From Octopus sinensis (Eukaryota), in NCBI RefSeq assembly GCF_006345805.1, contig NC_043014.1, forward strand, positions 38,564,001 through 38,628,000: 64,000 bases of DNA, given 5' to 3'. A model generated the notes under the pieces. That model did no database searches. It had not been told where the DNA came from and saw only the letters and a program-made list of their open reading frames with translations. Within the stretch, counting starts at the first letter, position 1; each line of letters opens with the position of its first letter. Position numbers and translations under genes: made by a program. Below, in pieces: positions 1-13,574 of the stretch.

Positions 1-91
1 TCAACTGGCCAAAAATTTCAGACCTTGTGCCAGGGGTAGGAAAAAATATAACTGGAGCCAATCAAAGAATACAAGAATATATTCTACTTAC

Positions 92-219
92 TGGAGTGAC
101 ACCATTGTGATCCCTAATGTCCTGCAGATTCTTGCCTTGTTTCACATGTTCCACCAAATCGTTATACATTTGTCTCTCTTTGGCTTCTCTGGTTTCATCA
201 ATTTCTTCTTGGGTGATTC
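92..219 (-). CDS. PPP1R16A: Exon of PP1 regulatory subunit 16 (MYPT3/TIMAP-like)
   Basis: ttccag|GA ATC...ACT CCA|gtaagt; 128 nt, (G)ITQEEIDETREAKERQMYNDLVEHVKQGKNLQDIRDHNGVTP; continues the family motif MAxxGITQ. The gene continues left of the window. Confidence 0.92.
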
Positions 220-277
220 CTGGAATTTAAAATGAGTGGGTAGAAAGAAAAAAAGGATAAACTGAAACAAACGAACT

Positions 278-397
278 ACATGGTTCTGGGTTCAGCCCCA
301 CTGCATGGCACCTTGGGCAAGTGTTTTTCTACTATAGCCTTGGGCCAACCAAAGCCTTCTAAGTGGATTTGGTAGACAGAAACTGAAAGAAGCCCGT

Positions 398-440
<43 letters not shown>

Positions 441-443
441 ATG

Positions 444-477
<34 letters not shown>

Positions 478-710
478 GTGTGTGTGTGTGTGTATGTATG
501 TATATGTTTGTGTGTCTGTGTTTGTCCCCCCAACATTACTTGACAACCGATATTGGTGTGTTTATGTCCCTGTAAGTTAGCAGTTCGGCAAAAGAAACCA
601 ATAGAATAAGTACAAGGCTTACAAAGAATAAGTCCTAGGATCGATATGCTTGACTGAAGGTGGTGCTCCAGCATGGCTACAGTCAAATGACTAAAACAAG
701 TAAAAGAGTA
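278..710 (+). mobile_element. SINE family A (tRNA-like head, central CA/TA microsatellite, (AAAGAGT)n-like tail)
   Basis: Signature ccttgtgagtggatttggtagacggaaactgaaagaagccc; more than 20 copies in the window. Confidence 0.8.
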
Positions 711-734
711 ACTGGGATCTAGAAGAGGCTTGTC

Positions 735-765
<31 letters not shown>

Positions 766-1040
766 ACACCCACACACACAGTAGGCTGCTTTCAGTTACC
801 ATTTACAAATCCATTCAAAAGGCCTTGTTCATCCCAGGGTTTATAGTAAACGGGTGCACAGTGAAACTGAACTCAACATTGCATGGCTGGGAACCAAGCT
901 TTTTAACTACACAGCCATGTCAGTGCCTACACAACACCTGCACCTCTGTGGTATACGCAACCACTTACATGCTAATTCAATAAATAAGCAGTTTTGTTTG
1001 AAGAATTGGATCAGTTATTGACAGAAGTGACAGAGATCTC

Positions 1041-2012
1041 ATCATCATCATCATCGTCCTCTTTCCATGCTGGCATGGGTTAGATGGTTTGATATGGAGC
1101 TGGCTGTGACATGGTTTCTATGGTTGGATACCCTTCCTAACACCAATGACTTAACAGAGTGTGTTGGGTGCTTTTTACATGCCACCAGCATGGGTGCATT
1201 TACACAGCACCAGCATGAGTGCTCTTTAAGTGGCACCAGCACCTGAAAGAATCAAGTCCGTATATATGGAAGACAGCGATTTTACTTAGCTTGATGTGTC
1301 TTCTCAAACACAGCAAATCCCTACATCTCCCAGTGAGGCCCAATATCCAAAGATCCTCTCTCAACCATTTTATCCCATGTCTTCTTGGGTTTACGCCTTC
1401 CACAAGTACCTTCCACAATTAGAACTCCCTACATCTCCCAGTCCCTTGTCATTTCCTCAGCGAGGCCCAGTATCCGAAGATCCTTTCTCAACCACTTCAT
1501 CCCATGTCTTCTTGGGTTTACACCTTCCACAGGTATCTTCCACAATTAGAACTCCCTACATCTCCCAGTCCCTTGTCATTTCCTCAGTGACGCCCAGTAT
1601 CCAAAGATCCTTTCTCAACCACTTCATCCCATGTCTTCTTGGGTTTTCACCTTCCACAATTAGAGCTCAGCACTTCTTTATACAGCTGTCCTCATCCATA
1701 CACATCACATGACCAAACCAGCACAGTCTTCTCTCTTGCACACAACATCTGATGCCTCTTATACCCAGTTTTCCTCTTAAATCATTTACACTCTCTCATG
1801 CATGCATGCACACTGACATTACTCTTCCAGCAGAACATGCTAGCTTCCTTTCTTTCAAGCCTTCGCAGGTCTCCTGTCCTGTAGTCAAGACCCACGTTTC
1901 ACTGTCATGTAACATAAGTGCAGTGAAACATGGGCCTTGACTACAGAGGACTTGTGAAGGCTTGGAAGAAAAGAAGGTAGCATGTTCTGCTGGATGGGTA
2001 ACGTCAGTGTGC
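1041..2012 (-). mobile_element. 5'-truncated RTE-clade LINE (RT C-terminus, 3' UTR, (GAT)n tail) with an internal triplication
   Basis: Decayed LMLHDSETW and GHVM...KTWDEVV RTE motifs; ggatgcccttcctaa-type 3' UTR; tandem copies at 1321-1667. Confidence 0.8.
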
Positions 2013-2029
2013 AAACAACAATAATATCA

Positions 2030-2385
2030 TCATCATCGTTTAACGTCTGCTTTCTATGCTAGCATGGGTTGGACAATTTGACTTAGGTCTGGTGAACCAG
2101 ATGGCTACACCAGACTCCAATCTGATCTGGCAGAGTTTCTACAGCTGGATGCCCTTCCTAGCACCAACCACTCCGAGAATGTAGTGGGTGCTTTTACGTG
2201 CCACCGGCACGAGGGCCTATCAGGTAGTACTGGCAACAGCCACACTCAAATGGTGCTTTTTATGTGCCACCTGCACAGGAGCCAGTCCAGCAGCACTGGC
2301 AACGACCTCGCTCAAATGTTTTTTCACGTGCCACCAGCACAAGTGCCAGTAAGGCGATGCAGGTAACAATCATTTGATATTATTG
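2030..2385 (-). mobile_element. RTE 3'-UTR fragment
   Basis: (CAT)n tail plus ctacagctggatgcccttcct; the same family recurs near 9920, 33088, 38545, 41050 and 49005. Confidence 0.7.
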
Positions 2386-2808
2386 TTGTTTAACCCTAGG
2401 TCAGCAATGGTTAATTAAATCTATGATCAAAGGAACTCCAGCCTTTCTCAAGACATTGCAGATGCAGAACAACATTCATTACTGGATGTTGTTATTCCTT
2501 CCTTAAGACAACAGAGCCAGGAATAGTACTGGCTGCTATTTCTCGCATACCAAGCAGTCATATACAGAGGCTCTCTTTTAACCTATTGTTGAAATATGGT
2601 CGCTTGATCTGCTAGAAATAGCAACACAAATGTCCATCAGATACCAAAACTCTTAAATCACATCCTATCATCTTAAAAATCAAAAGACACGTTGGATAAT
2701 GAAATCTTAAATACATGAAGCCTAACTAAAAAAAAAAAAATTAAAATAGGAAGGTCACATCTGGAGCCTCATTAATGAAAAGTTTGCTTGATCAACACTA
2801 ACAACAAT

Positions 2809-2840
<32 letters not shown>

Positions 2841-4577
2841 TTATTATTACTACTACTACTAACCTTTTTACTATTTATGAGAAAAGCCTTGTAAAATTAT
2901 TTTTAACGATCTCATTAATTAGAAGCTTCAAGGTAGTGAGCAGGCAGAGTTGTTAGCATGGAAAAAATACTTATAAACATCTCTTTCAGCATTTTAGAAT
3001 CTAAGTTCAATTCCTGTTGAAGTCAACTTTGTATTCCTCCACGGTTGATAAAATAAAGTACAAATAAAATACTGGGGCCAATCATATTGACTTTCCCCCA
3101 CTTCCCACCAAATTGCTGGCCTTGTGCCAAAACCTGAAACAATTATTTAGAAGCTTACATCAATCCCATAAACTGAACTAATTCCCTCACAAACCCAAAT
3201 TTCTAGTCTGGAACCATTGCCAAGTTTCTTTTAATTATCAAAACTGACATTTTAGAATGTCTTTTAATGTCTTGTAGAAGTCAACTGCATTTCTTTGTTC
3301 TTGGCTACTTTCACCCTATCCAGTTTGTCTCTTTTAGCAGTTACAGACATGCATGTTTTTTTTATGATATTACATCTTATTCTGGCATTATCATTATTGT
3401 TATTACCAAAAACCTTTTATTTAGCCTTCTCCCCTATAAAATTAAAAACCTCAATTTGAGGAATTTTTTCACTAAATTGTTTGCGTCTGATATTAAAAAA
3501 ATCTCTCCCTACCACTTTTTTTTCCTATTTTTTCCTCTCTCTCTCTTTTTTTTTTTGGCCATGTGTTAATTTTTCTGTTGACCTTTGAAGAATGGAAATG
3601 TCAAACTCCATCAGACATGAAATAGCTTTTAAACAATGTAACTTCCCACCATTATCAACACCACCACCATCATCATCATCATAACGAACCGACCGACCGA
3701 CTCTTAAGAGCCAAACTAATCCACACGAACTTAAACCATTGTCAAAATGTAGAAATAGACGCATTATATAATAAATTGTTCTGTATCATATAATTTTACC
3801 ATAATTTTGCTTTTTTTTTTTTTTTTTTAATTTTTAGAATGTTAACAAAAATATTCACACAGCTCACTACTGACTCTGCTAATGACCACTCTTCAAGTTT
3901 ATTATGGGAACAAATTAAAAATCAATTATAGATGTCTGGAATTCCATCAGCATTAACATCACCATCATCATAATCATTACCATCATCATCATCTTTCACC
4001 ACTGCAATTATCACCAACAATCATTTCAAATCATTTCTTTGGTTTTTTTAAATTTTTTTAATTTTAAATGCTAAAATGGGTTGTGAATAGAATTTCAGTT
4101 GATGAATCAACAATAGAATTTCAAAACAAAAATATAAATTTAGATATGAATAAATTTGTCAATAAACAATGTTGAGTTCCTACAAATGTTTGGGGTTTTA
4201 TTTTTGTTTATTTATATATTTATTTTTTCACTTGACTTAATCAAAAGAAGAACTACAGAGATCATAACCCTTTTTTTTCAATACCTCCAAGATTGGTAAA
4301 AGAGAAGGGAGGATTTTATCAACAAACTAAAGACCTAACCAAATGCTTGCAATTGTGTGGAGTCCACTAAAGGCATTCAAAGCAAAAGGCATTGCTAGGT
4401 GCAGGCATGGCTGTGTGGTTAAGAAATTAACCTCTCAGCCATGTGGTTTCAGGTTCAGTCCAACTGCATGACAACTTGTGCATCTTCTACTATTGCCCCG
4501 GGTCAATCAATGACTTATCAGTAAATTTGTCAGATGGAAACTGTGTGGAAACCCATCATATATGCATGTGTGTCTTT

Positions 4578-4990
4578 GTGGCAATCCTCCAAAATGACAG
4601 CTTCCACTTTATGGATGGTGTCGTCATCAATGGCAGAATGTGGTCGTCCAGGAATAGGAGCAGTTTCTACTCCTATTCCTATATGATGCCAGTGCTTGAC
4701 TACATCATATGATGGTGCATCATCACCATAAACTTCTTTCATCTCATCGAAAGTCTCTTTTGGTGTCCAGCCTTTCAAGCATAAGCACCTGACCACTGAT
4801 CTGCATTGTGCTGCCTCCATTGTAACACCTTAGTCCACTTCAGCAGCCGTAAAAGACAAACGAATGCTAGTGGAAAGCTGCAATTTACAATATGACATGT
4901 AGAGACATGTATGATTATACTTGTACAAGTTCCATTTTCTTCAATAACCAGAAGTGGGTCAGAGGAAATCTTTAATGAACACACCTTGTA
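4578..4990 (-). mobile_element. Mariner transposon relic (one TIR plus the N-terminal HTH of the transposase)
   Basis: TA+CAAGGTGTGTTCATTAAAG terminus at 4990; RSVVRCLCLKGWTPKETFDEMKEVYGDDAPSYDVVKHW...PIPGRP is the mariner HTH region. Confidence 0.8.
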
Positions 4991-5370
4991 TCAAGAGAAA
5001 ATCAACCTGGTTGAGCTCTGCACTCGTCAGCTACCAAAACACTTAGCAATTACATAGTGCTCCTGCTGTTTACAGATGAAGTAGCTGTAGCCCAAGTGTT
5101 TTCTTTTTAATTTAAGAGAGAGGTTAGAGATATATCTTGGTCTTTTGAAAACATCTTTTATCTTTGGTCTTTTATTTGTTTTAGTCATTTGACTGCGGCC
5201 ATGCTGGGGCATCTCCTTGAGAAATTTTTAGTCAAATGAATCAACCCCAGCATTTATTTTTTTTAAACCTGGTACTTAATCTACCAGTCTCTTTTATTAA
5301 ACTGGTAAGTTATGGGGATATAAGCACACTGATACTAGTTGTTAAGTAGTGATGAGGGACAAACACACAC

Positions 5371-5414
<44 letters not shown>

Positions 5415-5772
5415 CTTCTTTCAGTCTCCCAAATCCACTCACAAGGCTTTGGTCAGACCAAGGCTATAGTAGAAGTCACTTTCTAAGGTGCCATGGAATG
5501 GGACTGAACCTGGAACTATGTGGTTGGGAAGCAAGCTTCTTACCACACAGCCATGCCTACACATCTATTTACAATGAAAATTAATCTTTTTTGTAATAAG
5601 GAACCATTTAGGTCCAGGTTTAAAACTTTCTTTCCATAGACCAAACTCAGTTTCAGGAACAAGATTCAAACCATCACTTCCTTCACTAAATAGTCCAACT
5701 ACATAATGAACTTGTCCACAGTAAATTCAAATGAAATGAACAAATAACAGATATAAAATAAGATAGAGATCA

Positions 5773-5997
<225 letters not shown>

Positions 5998-8514
5998 TTA
6001 ATAGAATAAAGAACTAGTCGAGTTACTGGGGCTTGATATAATTGACTATCTTCTGCATCTCAAAATTGCTGGCCTTGTGCCAAAATCAGAAAGAATTATT
6101 ATTGCATACTGTCTGTCTGCTGCATGTGCATGCGTGCGTGACCTTTTGCTTGATTCATACATTAGGCTGCAGCCAATGTGGTGCAATGCTTTGGAGAGTT
6201 TTAGTCACAAAAATCGACTCCAGAGCTTTTTTAGTTTTTTTTTTTTTTGATGCCTGGTATTTATTTTATTAGTCTCTTTTGTCAATCTGCTAAGTTACGA
6301 AGACATAATCCCACCAGCACTGGTTGTCAAGCAGTAGCGAGACACACACACACACATATATATATATACAAAATATGAGGGTTTAGTTCACAGGTGATCT
6401 AAATGACCAGGTACACTGGCTAAGTGCTGTACCAGATTACCAGGGTTCCAAGGTTATAACTCTGAGACAGGAGTTATGGCACCATTGTAGATTTCCGATA
6501 TAGCAAATATATAATTGTTAAAGAGGACAACAAATGTTAAGGCAAGACAAACACCTCAAGTCATATACGTTATTATTACTGGAAAAATTCAAAGTCTTAC
6601 ATCTGATTCAGAAATATATAAATATATATATATATCGAAATCGAAATTAAATTCGATGACTGGCATCTGTGCTAGTGGAGCACTAAGAGCACCATCCGAG
6701 CGTGATTGTTGTCAGAGCAGCTAACTAGCGTTCATGCTGGTGGCACGTAAAACGCACCACTTGAGCATGATCGCTACCAGCATCTCCTTACTGTTTTGCT
6801 GTCAGTTGTCAACCGTCACGGAAGATTCTCTGACCAAATCATCGTCGATTATTGGAGCCGATGTAGTCTGGATTCAAAGTGAGGTTCTAGAGGCATGCTT
6901 TAACAAAAACTAAGTGGTACCTCACTCGCAGTGGTCTTCCAGCACACCAGACACCAACCTGGAATTTCTATTGCTAAATAGTTATTGAATCCACATAAGG
7001 TAACATTTTTTCCCATGGACAGACATGTTCTCACAGAATATTGAAAACAAATTACACTGCTTGTATGACAGTGAAAATCATTTACAACTATCAGGCAATG
7101 CCAAGAAGAGGAGACACAAACACACCCAAGCACATATGTGTGCATGTGCGTATGTGTGTACAACAGGTTTCTTTCAGTTTCCATCTACTAAATCCACTCA
7201 CAAGGCTTTGGTTGGCCTAAAGCTATAGTAGAAAAATACTTGCCCAAGGTGCCACACAATGAGACGGAACCAGAAACCATGGGATTGAGAAGTAAACTTT
7301 TTTACCACACAGCCAAGCCTGCACCTATCCATCCACATCCAAAGTCTTTTTACCTAGCAGGAACACTGAATATTTCATTAGTCTTTCATTAAACTGCAAG
7401 GCTAATTTCAAAAATCTTTCAATGCATTTGTCAGAAGGATGAATTGAAAGTGAGTTGTGTTCCTATCTGACATACATTTATTGGCTTTGGTTTGATCAAA
7501 AGAAATCAATAGAGAGAGTATTAGATGCTTGCTTGATCAAACAACAGAGGAAGGGAACTGTTTTTGGTTTTCAGTAAGACATATTTCATTAATTGCTTTG
7601 CTACACCATATTACAATAAAAATTTTGAATAGATGTGAGAAAATTGCTGAAGTTGTATTCAGACTACTAAATTGTTTAACGATTTTTTTTGTTGCTGTTG
7701 TTGTTGTTGTTGTTGTTATTAAGCCACTAATCAATTGAATTCGGAGAGGATATTAATTTGTTAAAAACTGACAACAAAAAAAAGCAATAATAATAATAAT
7801 AATAATGATAATAAACAAAATGAAATGAAATTATAAAAGAATAAAAGCAGACACTATATTTTATAAAAATCAATAATAACTGAATTTAAATTTTTCAGTA
7901 ATCTTTATATTTATTTATTTATTTATTTATTTTGCTTCCTAAATTTCATAAACAAGACTTCATAATATACTCTTAATATTTCAATTTCAACAACACTCTA
8001 TCAGACACAAACAAACAAAATATATCAAGTGATTAATGAAAATCTGTAAAGCATTAAGTCGTGGTATGGGGTAGGGTGGAGGGGGAGATGGGGCTAATCG
8101 CAGTTGGCATGGACGAAGCAGACAGCACTTATTTATTTATTTATTTTATATATTTATATATTTTAATTCAATGACTTGCATATATTTTCTACAAATGACA
8201 TAGAGGGTGGGGGTGGTTTCTGAATTTTGTTGGGGCAAATGTGTCTTTTGATGTAACTGAAAAACATTCTTCCTCCAACTACCACTTCTAATGATAATAA
8301 TCCTTTCTACTAAAGGCACAAGGCCTGAAATTTGGGCGGGCTAGTTGATTATATCGACTCCAGCGTATAACTAGTACTTATTTCATCGACCCTGAAAGTA
8401 TGAAAAGCAAAGCCAACCTCACTGGAATTTGAACTCAGAACAAAAGGACTGACAAAATGCCGCTAAGCATTTTGCCCAGGGTGCCAATGATTCTGCCAGC
8501 TCGCTCCCTTATAT

Positions 8515-9160
8515 CATCATCATCATCATCGTCGTCGTTTAATGTCCACTTTCCATGCTAGCATGGGTTGGACAATTTGACTGGGGTCTGGTGAACCAGA
8601 TGGCTGCACCAGGTTCCAATCTGATCTGGCAGTTTCTACAGCTGGATGTCCTTCCTAATGCAAACCACTTTCAGAGTGTAGTGGGTGCTTTTACGTGCCA
8701 CCAACATGAGGGCAGTCAGGCAGTACTGGCAACAGCTGCACTCAAATGGTGGTTTTTACATGTCACCTGAACAGGAGCCTGTCCAGTGGCACTTGCAACG
8801 ACCTCGCTCGAATGTTTTTTCATGTGTCAGTAAGGTGATGCAGGTAACAATCATGCTCAAATGGTGCTTTTTACGTACCACTGGCACGGAAGCCAGTTAG
8901 CTGCTCTGACAACAATCATGCTTGGATGGTACTCTTAGCACTCCACTAGCACGGATGCCAGTCATCGAATTTGATTTCAATTTCACTTGCCTCGACAGGT
9001 CTTCCCAAGCAGAGTTTAGTGTCCAATGAAGGAAAGGTTCGCATAAATGGGCTGGTTACAACCCTGGCATAGGCCACGAGGTTATGGTTTCACTTGGCTT
9101 GCCGGGTCTTCTCAAGCACAGCATATTTCCAAAGGTCTCGGTCACTAGTCATTGCCTTAT
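8515..9160 (-). mobile_element. RTE 3'-UTR fragment
   Basis: Same family signature and tail. Confidence 0.7.
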
Positions 9161-10167
9161 AATAATATTATAAAGATTTCAAATTTTGGCACAAGGCCAA
9201 CAATTTTGGGGAAGAGGAAAGCTGAGTTCACGGACCCCAGTGCTCAACTGGTATTTATTTTATAGACTCCAAAAGGATGAACGGCAAAACTAATGCCAGG
9301 GGAATTTGAACTCAGAATGTAAAACAGCTTGTGCCAAAATTTGAAGCCAATATTTTAAATTGATCATGCATTAACTTGTAACTTCAAGGTTTTCATGACA
9401 TCATTGCTTATATTTAGAATTACTTTGTAGGAAAGATGTGAGAAACCAGATCTTGTCAGTCTGAACATAAAACAGAATAGTTGAGCCAAATATGGTCAGT
9501 TTAAATACCAGAGGGTTAAGGATTTTATTCCTTCAGACTTAGTGCATCTAAGACCAGGTGATCCAAAGTGACTGTTTTTTCATAAAACAGCAGAGGGTAA
9601 AAAGAGGATAATTTTGTTGCTACTTCTAGCAAGCTGAGCAAATCATGTAGCAGTTCCCTCAATGGCTTTGGTGGTTTTTGACATCATAAGTAGGTGGTGG
9701 GTGAGGGTTTCATTTGCAGGAAACTTAAAAAATTTATTAATAGGAGTCAACAGAACTATGACATAAGAAGTTCACTTGGTAACCACATGGTTTCAAATTC
9801 AGCCCCACTGAAAGGTACTTTCGGCAAGAGCCTTCTGCTTTAGCCCTGGCTTGACCAAAGCCTTGTGAGGGGATTTAGCAGGCAGAAACTGAAAGAAGCT
9901 TTCACACACACACATATATCATCATCATCATCATCATTTAATGTCCGTTTTCCATGCTAGTATGGGTTGGCTGGTTTGATCAGGGTCTGGGAAGCCAGGA
10001 AGCTGCACCAGGCTCCAGTCTGATCTGGCAGTATTTCTAGAGCTAGATGCCCTTCCTAACGCCAACCATTCTGTGAGTGTAGTGGGTGCTTTTTACGTGT
10101 CACTGGCAATGGCCACGATCGGTTGGTGCTTTTTACATGCCACCTGCACATATATACATATATATAT

Positions 10168-10213
<46 letters not shown>

Positions 10214-10338
10214 TAAATTTTGCAATTAAGGACAACTACTTAATAAGGAAAACTTAACAAGAAATTGTCAGGTAGATAGCGTAAAAACCTCATAAGAGAA
10301 AAAATTTCGAAAATAATTATTTCTTATTGAACATATTA

Positions 10339-10526
10339 ATTTATATATAGAGGGCATAATTATACATACATGCCAGGAGGCATTATATATACTTGCCAAA
10401 CGCTAAGAGGGACAATCAGTCATTTCTACCAAATGGTAGAAATGACTGATTGTCCCTCTTAGCGTTTGGCAAGTATATATAATGCCTCCTGGCATGTATG
10501 TATAATTATGCCCTCTATATATAAAT
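10339..10526. repeat. Perfect 93-bp inverted repeat with a 2-nt spacer
   Basis: 10339-10431 is the exact reverse complement of 10434-10526. Confidence 0.95.
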
Positions 10527-10564
10527 ATATACATATAATATATATATATATATATACCTATATA

Positions 10565-10619
<55 letters not shown>

Positions 10620-10818
10620 ATATATATATATATACATATATATATTATATATATATACATATTATATATATATATATATACATAATATATATATATATAA
10701 CTCACTTTGATATTTATCATTGTTTGATTTCACTTTTTCAATATCAGCGACAGTGGACGCTGGAAAAAGTATAAGTATTTGTGAAGGAAATCTAATTCTC
10801 GGCGACAACTATGATTGT

Positions 10819-10863
10819 CACACGCTGACGAGAGGTCAATACCTCGAAACTCGAGTCCGTGTG
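10819..10863 (+). ncRNA. Type I hammerhead ribozyme (minimal stem III, palindromic loop), copy 1
   Basis: CACACG-CUGACGA-GAGGU(CAAU)ACCUC-GAAA-C(UCGA)G-UC-CGUGUG; all core positions present; predicted cleavage after C10857. Confidence 0.88.
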
Positions 10864-11171
10864 TATCATAAGTTGAAGACGGGAAGGATGACTTCCCTTT
10901 GCAAATACTGACAGGACACAGATAGTGTGTCTATGGCCAGCTGGAGGAGTGTGTCCTCCTGGGGCTAAAAACTACAGTAGCATCCACCCTTAGGGGTTAG
11001 CCATATTGAAATGGCAAAAATACGTCATGATGTGTTACCGCTACTGTATATAACTCACTTTGATATTTATCATTGTTTGATTTCAATTTTTCAATATCAG
11101 CGACAGTGGACGCTGGAAAAAGTATAAGTATTTGTGAAGGAAATCTAATTCTCGGCGACAACTATGATTGT

Positions 11172-11216
11172 CACACGCTGACGAGAGGTCAATACCTCGA
11201 AACTCAAGTCCGTGTG
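11172..11216 (+). ncRNA. Type I hammerhead ribozyme, copy 2
   Basis: Same as copy 1, 353 bp downstream, except the stem III loop is UCAA; predicted cleavage after C11210. Confidence 0.82.
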
Positions 11217-11719
11217 TATCATAAGTTGAAGACAGGAAGGATGACTTCCCTTTGCAAATACTGACAGGACACAGATAGTGTGTCTATGGCCAGCTGGAGG
11301 AGTGTGTCCTCCTGGGGCTAAAAACTACAGTAGCATCCACCCTTAGGGGTTAGCCATATTGAAATGGCAAAAATACGTCACTATATATATATACATACGC
11401 ATGGATATTTGTGTTACTGTCTCCCTGCCTTGACATTGCATGAGAGTTGTAAATGAGTGTCACTGTCAGACAAGTGGTGTCCTTTGTTTCCAATCTTCCA
11501 TGAAAATGTCTTGCCCAGAAGAAATATCATCTTACTTGGATACAGTCAAAAGTAGGCAACAGGAAGGGCATCCTGCTGTAGAAAATTCACCTCAACAAAT
11601 TCCATCTAACCCAGGCAAGCATGAAAAAAAGTGTACATTAAAATGATGATAGTTCCTCAAAGTCAGGAGAAGACTGCAAACTCATAATAACAAAGAAAAT
11701 ACCTAAAATTGCCACTACT

Positions 11720-12140
11720 CTCTTTTTACTCTTTTACTTGTTTCAGTCATTTGACTGTGGCCATGCTGGAGCACCACCTTTAGTCGAGCAAATCAACCCC
11801 AGGACTTATTCTTTGTAAGCCTAGCACTTATTCTATCAGTATCTCTTGCTGAACTGCTAAGTTACGGTGATGTAAACACACCAGCATCAGTTGTCAAGTG
11901 ATGTTGGGGTGGGGACAAATACAGATACACAAACATATACACACTCACACATACACACACATATATACATATATATGACAGGCTTCTTTCAGTTTCCGTC
12001 TACCAAATCCACTCACAAGGCTTTGGTCGGCCTGAGGCTATAGTGGAAGACACTTGCCCAAGGTGCCACGCAGTGGGACTGAACCCAGAACCATGTGGTT
12101 TGTAAGCAAGCTACTTACCACACAGCCAATCCTATGCCTA
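11720..12140 (-). mobile_element. SINE family A
   Basis: Family signature. Confidence 0.8.
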
Positions 12141-12788
12141 GCTGAATAAACAGTTAATTTTCAAAGGAGGTCCTTTGATGGTCAGAGTTGACCTAGGGCT
12201 AAAACCACATCAACAAAATACAAATCTACACACACCTTACACATAGACACACCTGATGCACAAGCGAGCATGACAAGATTATGTTTTTTGGACAATTTAA
12301 CCAACTTCATCTTTAGAGACGAAAAAAAATCGCTTTAAATATTAAAAAAAAATAATTTATTTTTTTAAAAAAAAAAGCAAAAACAAGAATTTTTTTTCTA
12401 CAAAAACTAAAAAAACTAATGTTTTGATCAAAGATAACCAATCACAACATAACGTTAAATAAAGATATTATGAAAAAATCTTTCATCTTTAAATCTGTAG
12501 TTAATAGTCCGTAAAACTTATAATTTTATCAACAACAAGTTATCTCAGACATTTAATTAGCCACTGTTGTTGTAGTTGTTGTGCTTTAGCCACAGGAAGT
12601 AGTGCTAATAATAATAATAATTCTTTCTACAACAAGTACAACATGTGTAATTTCTGGAGAAAGGACAGGTCGATTATATCAATACCAGTGCTCAACTAAT
12701 GCTTTTTTTATTGATTCTGTAAGGGTGAAAGGCAAAGTCTACTTCAGAGGGATTTGAACTCAGAGTGTAAAAGAGCTGGAAGAATGTC

Positions 12789-13012
12789 ACTCTTTACTCT
12801 TTTTACTCTTATACTCTTCAGTCATGTGACTGTGGCCATGCTGGAGCACCGTCTTTAGTCAAGCAAATCGACCCCAGGACTTATTTTTTGTAAGCCCAGT
12901 ACTTATTCTATCCGTCTCTTTTGGCGAACCGCTAAGTTACAGGGACCTAAACACACCAGCATCGGTTGTCAAGCAATGTTGGGGGGACAAATACAGACAC
13001 GCAAACATATAA

Positions 13013-13043
<31 letters not shown>

Positions 13044-13215
13044 CATATATACAACGGGCTTCTTTCAGTTTCCGTCTACCAAATCCACTCACAAGGCTTT
13101 GGTCGGCCTGAGGCTAAAGTAGAAGACAGTTGCCCAAGGTGCCACGCAGTGGGACTGAACCCGGAGCCATGTATCTCGTAAGCAAGCTACTTACCGCACA
13201 GCCACTCCTACGCCT
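12789..13215 (-). mobile_element. SINE family A
   Basis: Family signature. Confidence 0.8.
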
Positions 13216-13532
13216 ATTTCATGAAGCATTTTGTCTGGCATCATTTATCTTTTATGTTTTATTCATTTCAGTAATATGGTTGCAGTCATGCTGGGGCATT
13301 GCCTTGAAGAATTTTAGCCAAACAAATCAACCCCAGTACTTAATTTCACTTTTAAGCCTGCTACTTATTCTGGGATTGAACCCAGAGCCATTTAGTTAGA
13401 AGGTAAGCTTCTTGCCACAGAGTGACTCTTGCTAATGCTAACAATTCTACCAGCTACTGCCATAGTCCTCTCTATTATAGGCATAAGGGCTGAAGTTTTT
13501 GCTGAGAAGATAAATCACTAACATAACCCCAG

Positions 13533-13571
<39 letters not shown>

Positions 13572-13574
<3 letters not shown>

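Larger units (their letters stand above)
10694..11380 (+). mobile_element. Tandem 353-bp hammerhead-containing repeat (retrozyme-like / Penelope-derived), about 1.95 units
   Basis: Period 353; 3 differences over 334 aligned bp; flanked by (TA)n. Confidence 0.75.
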
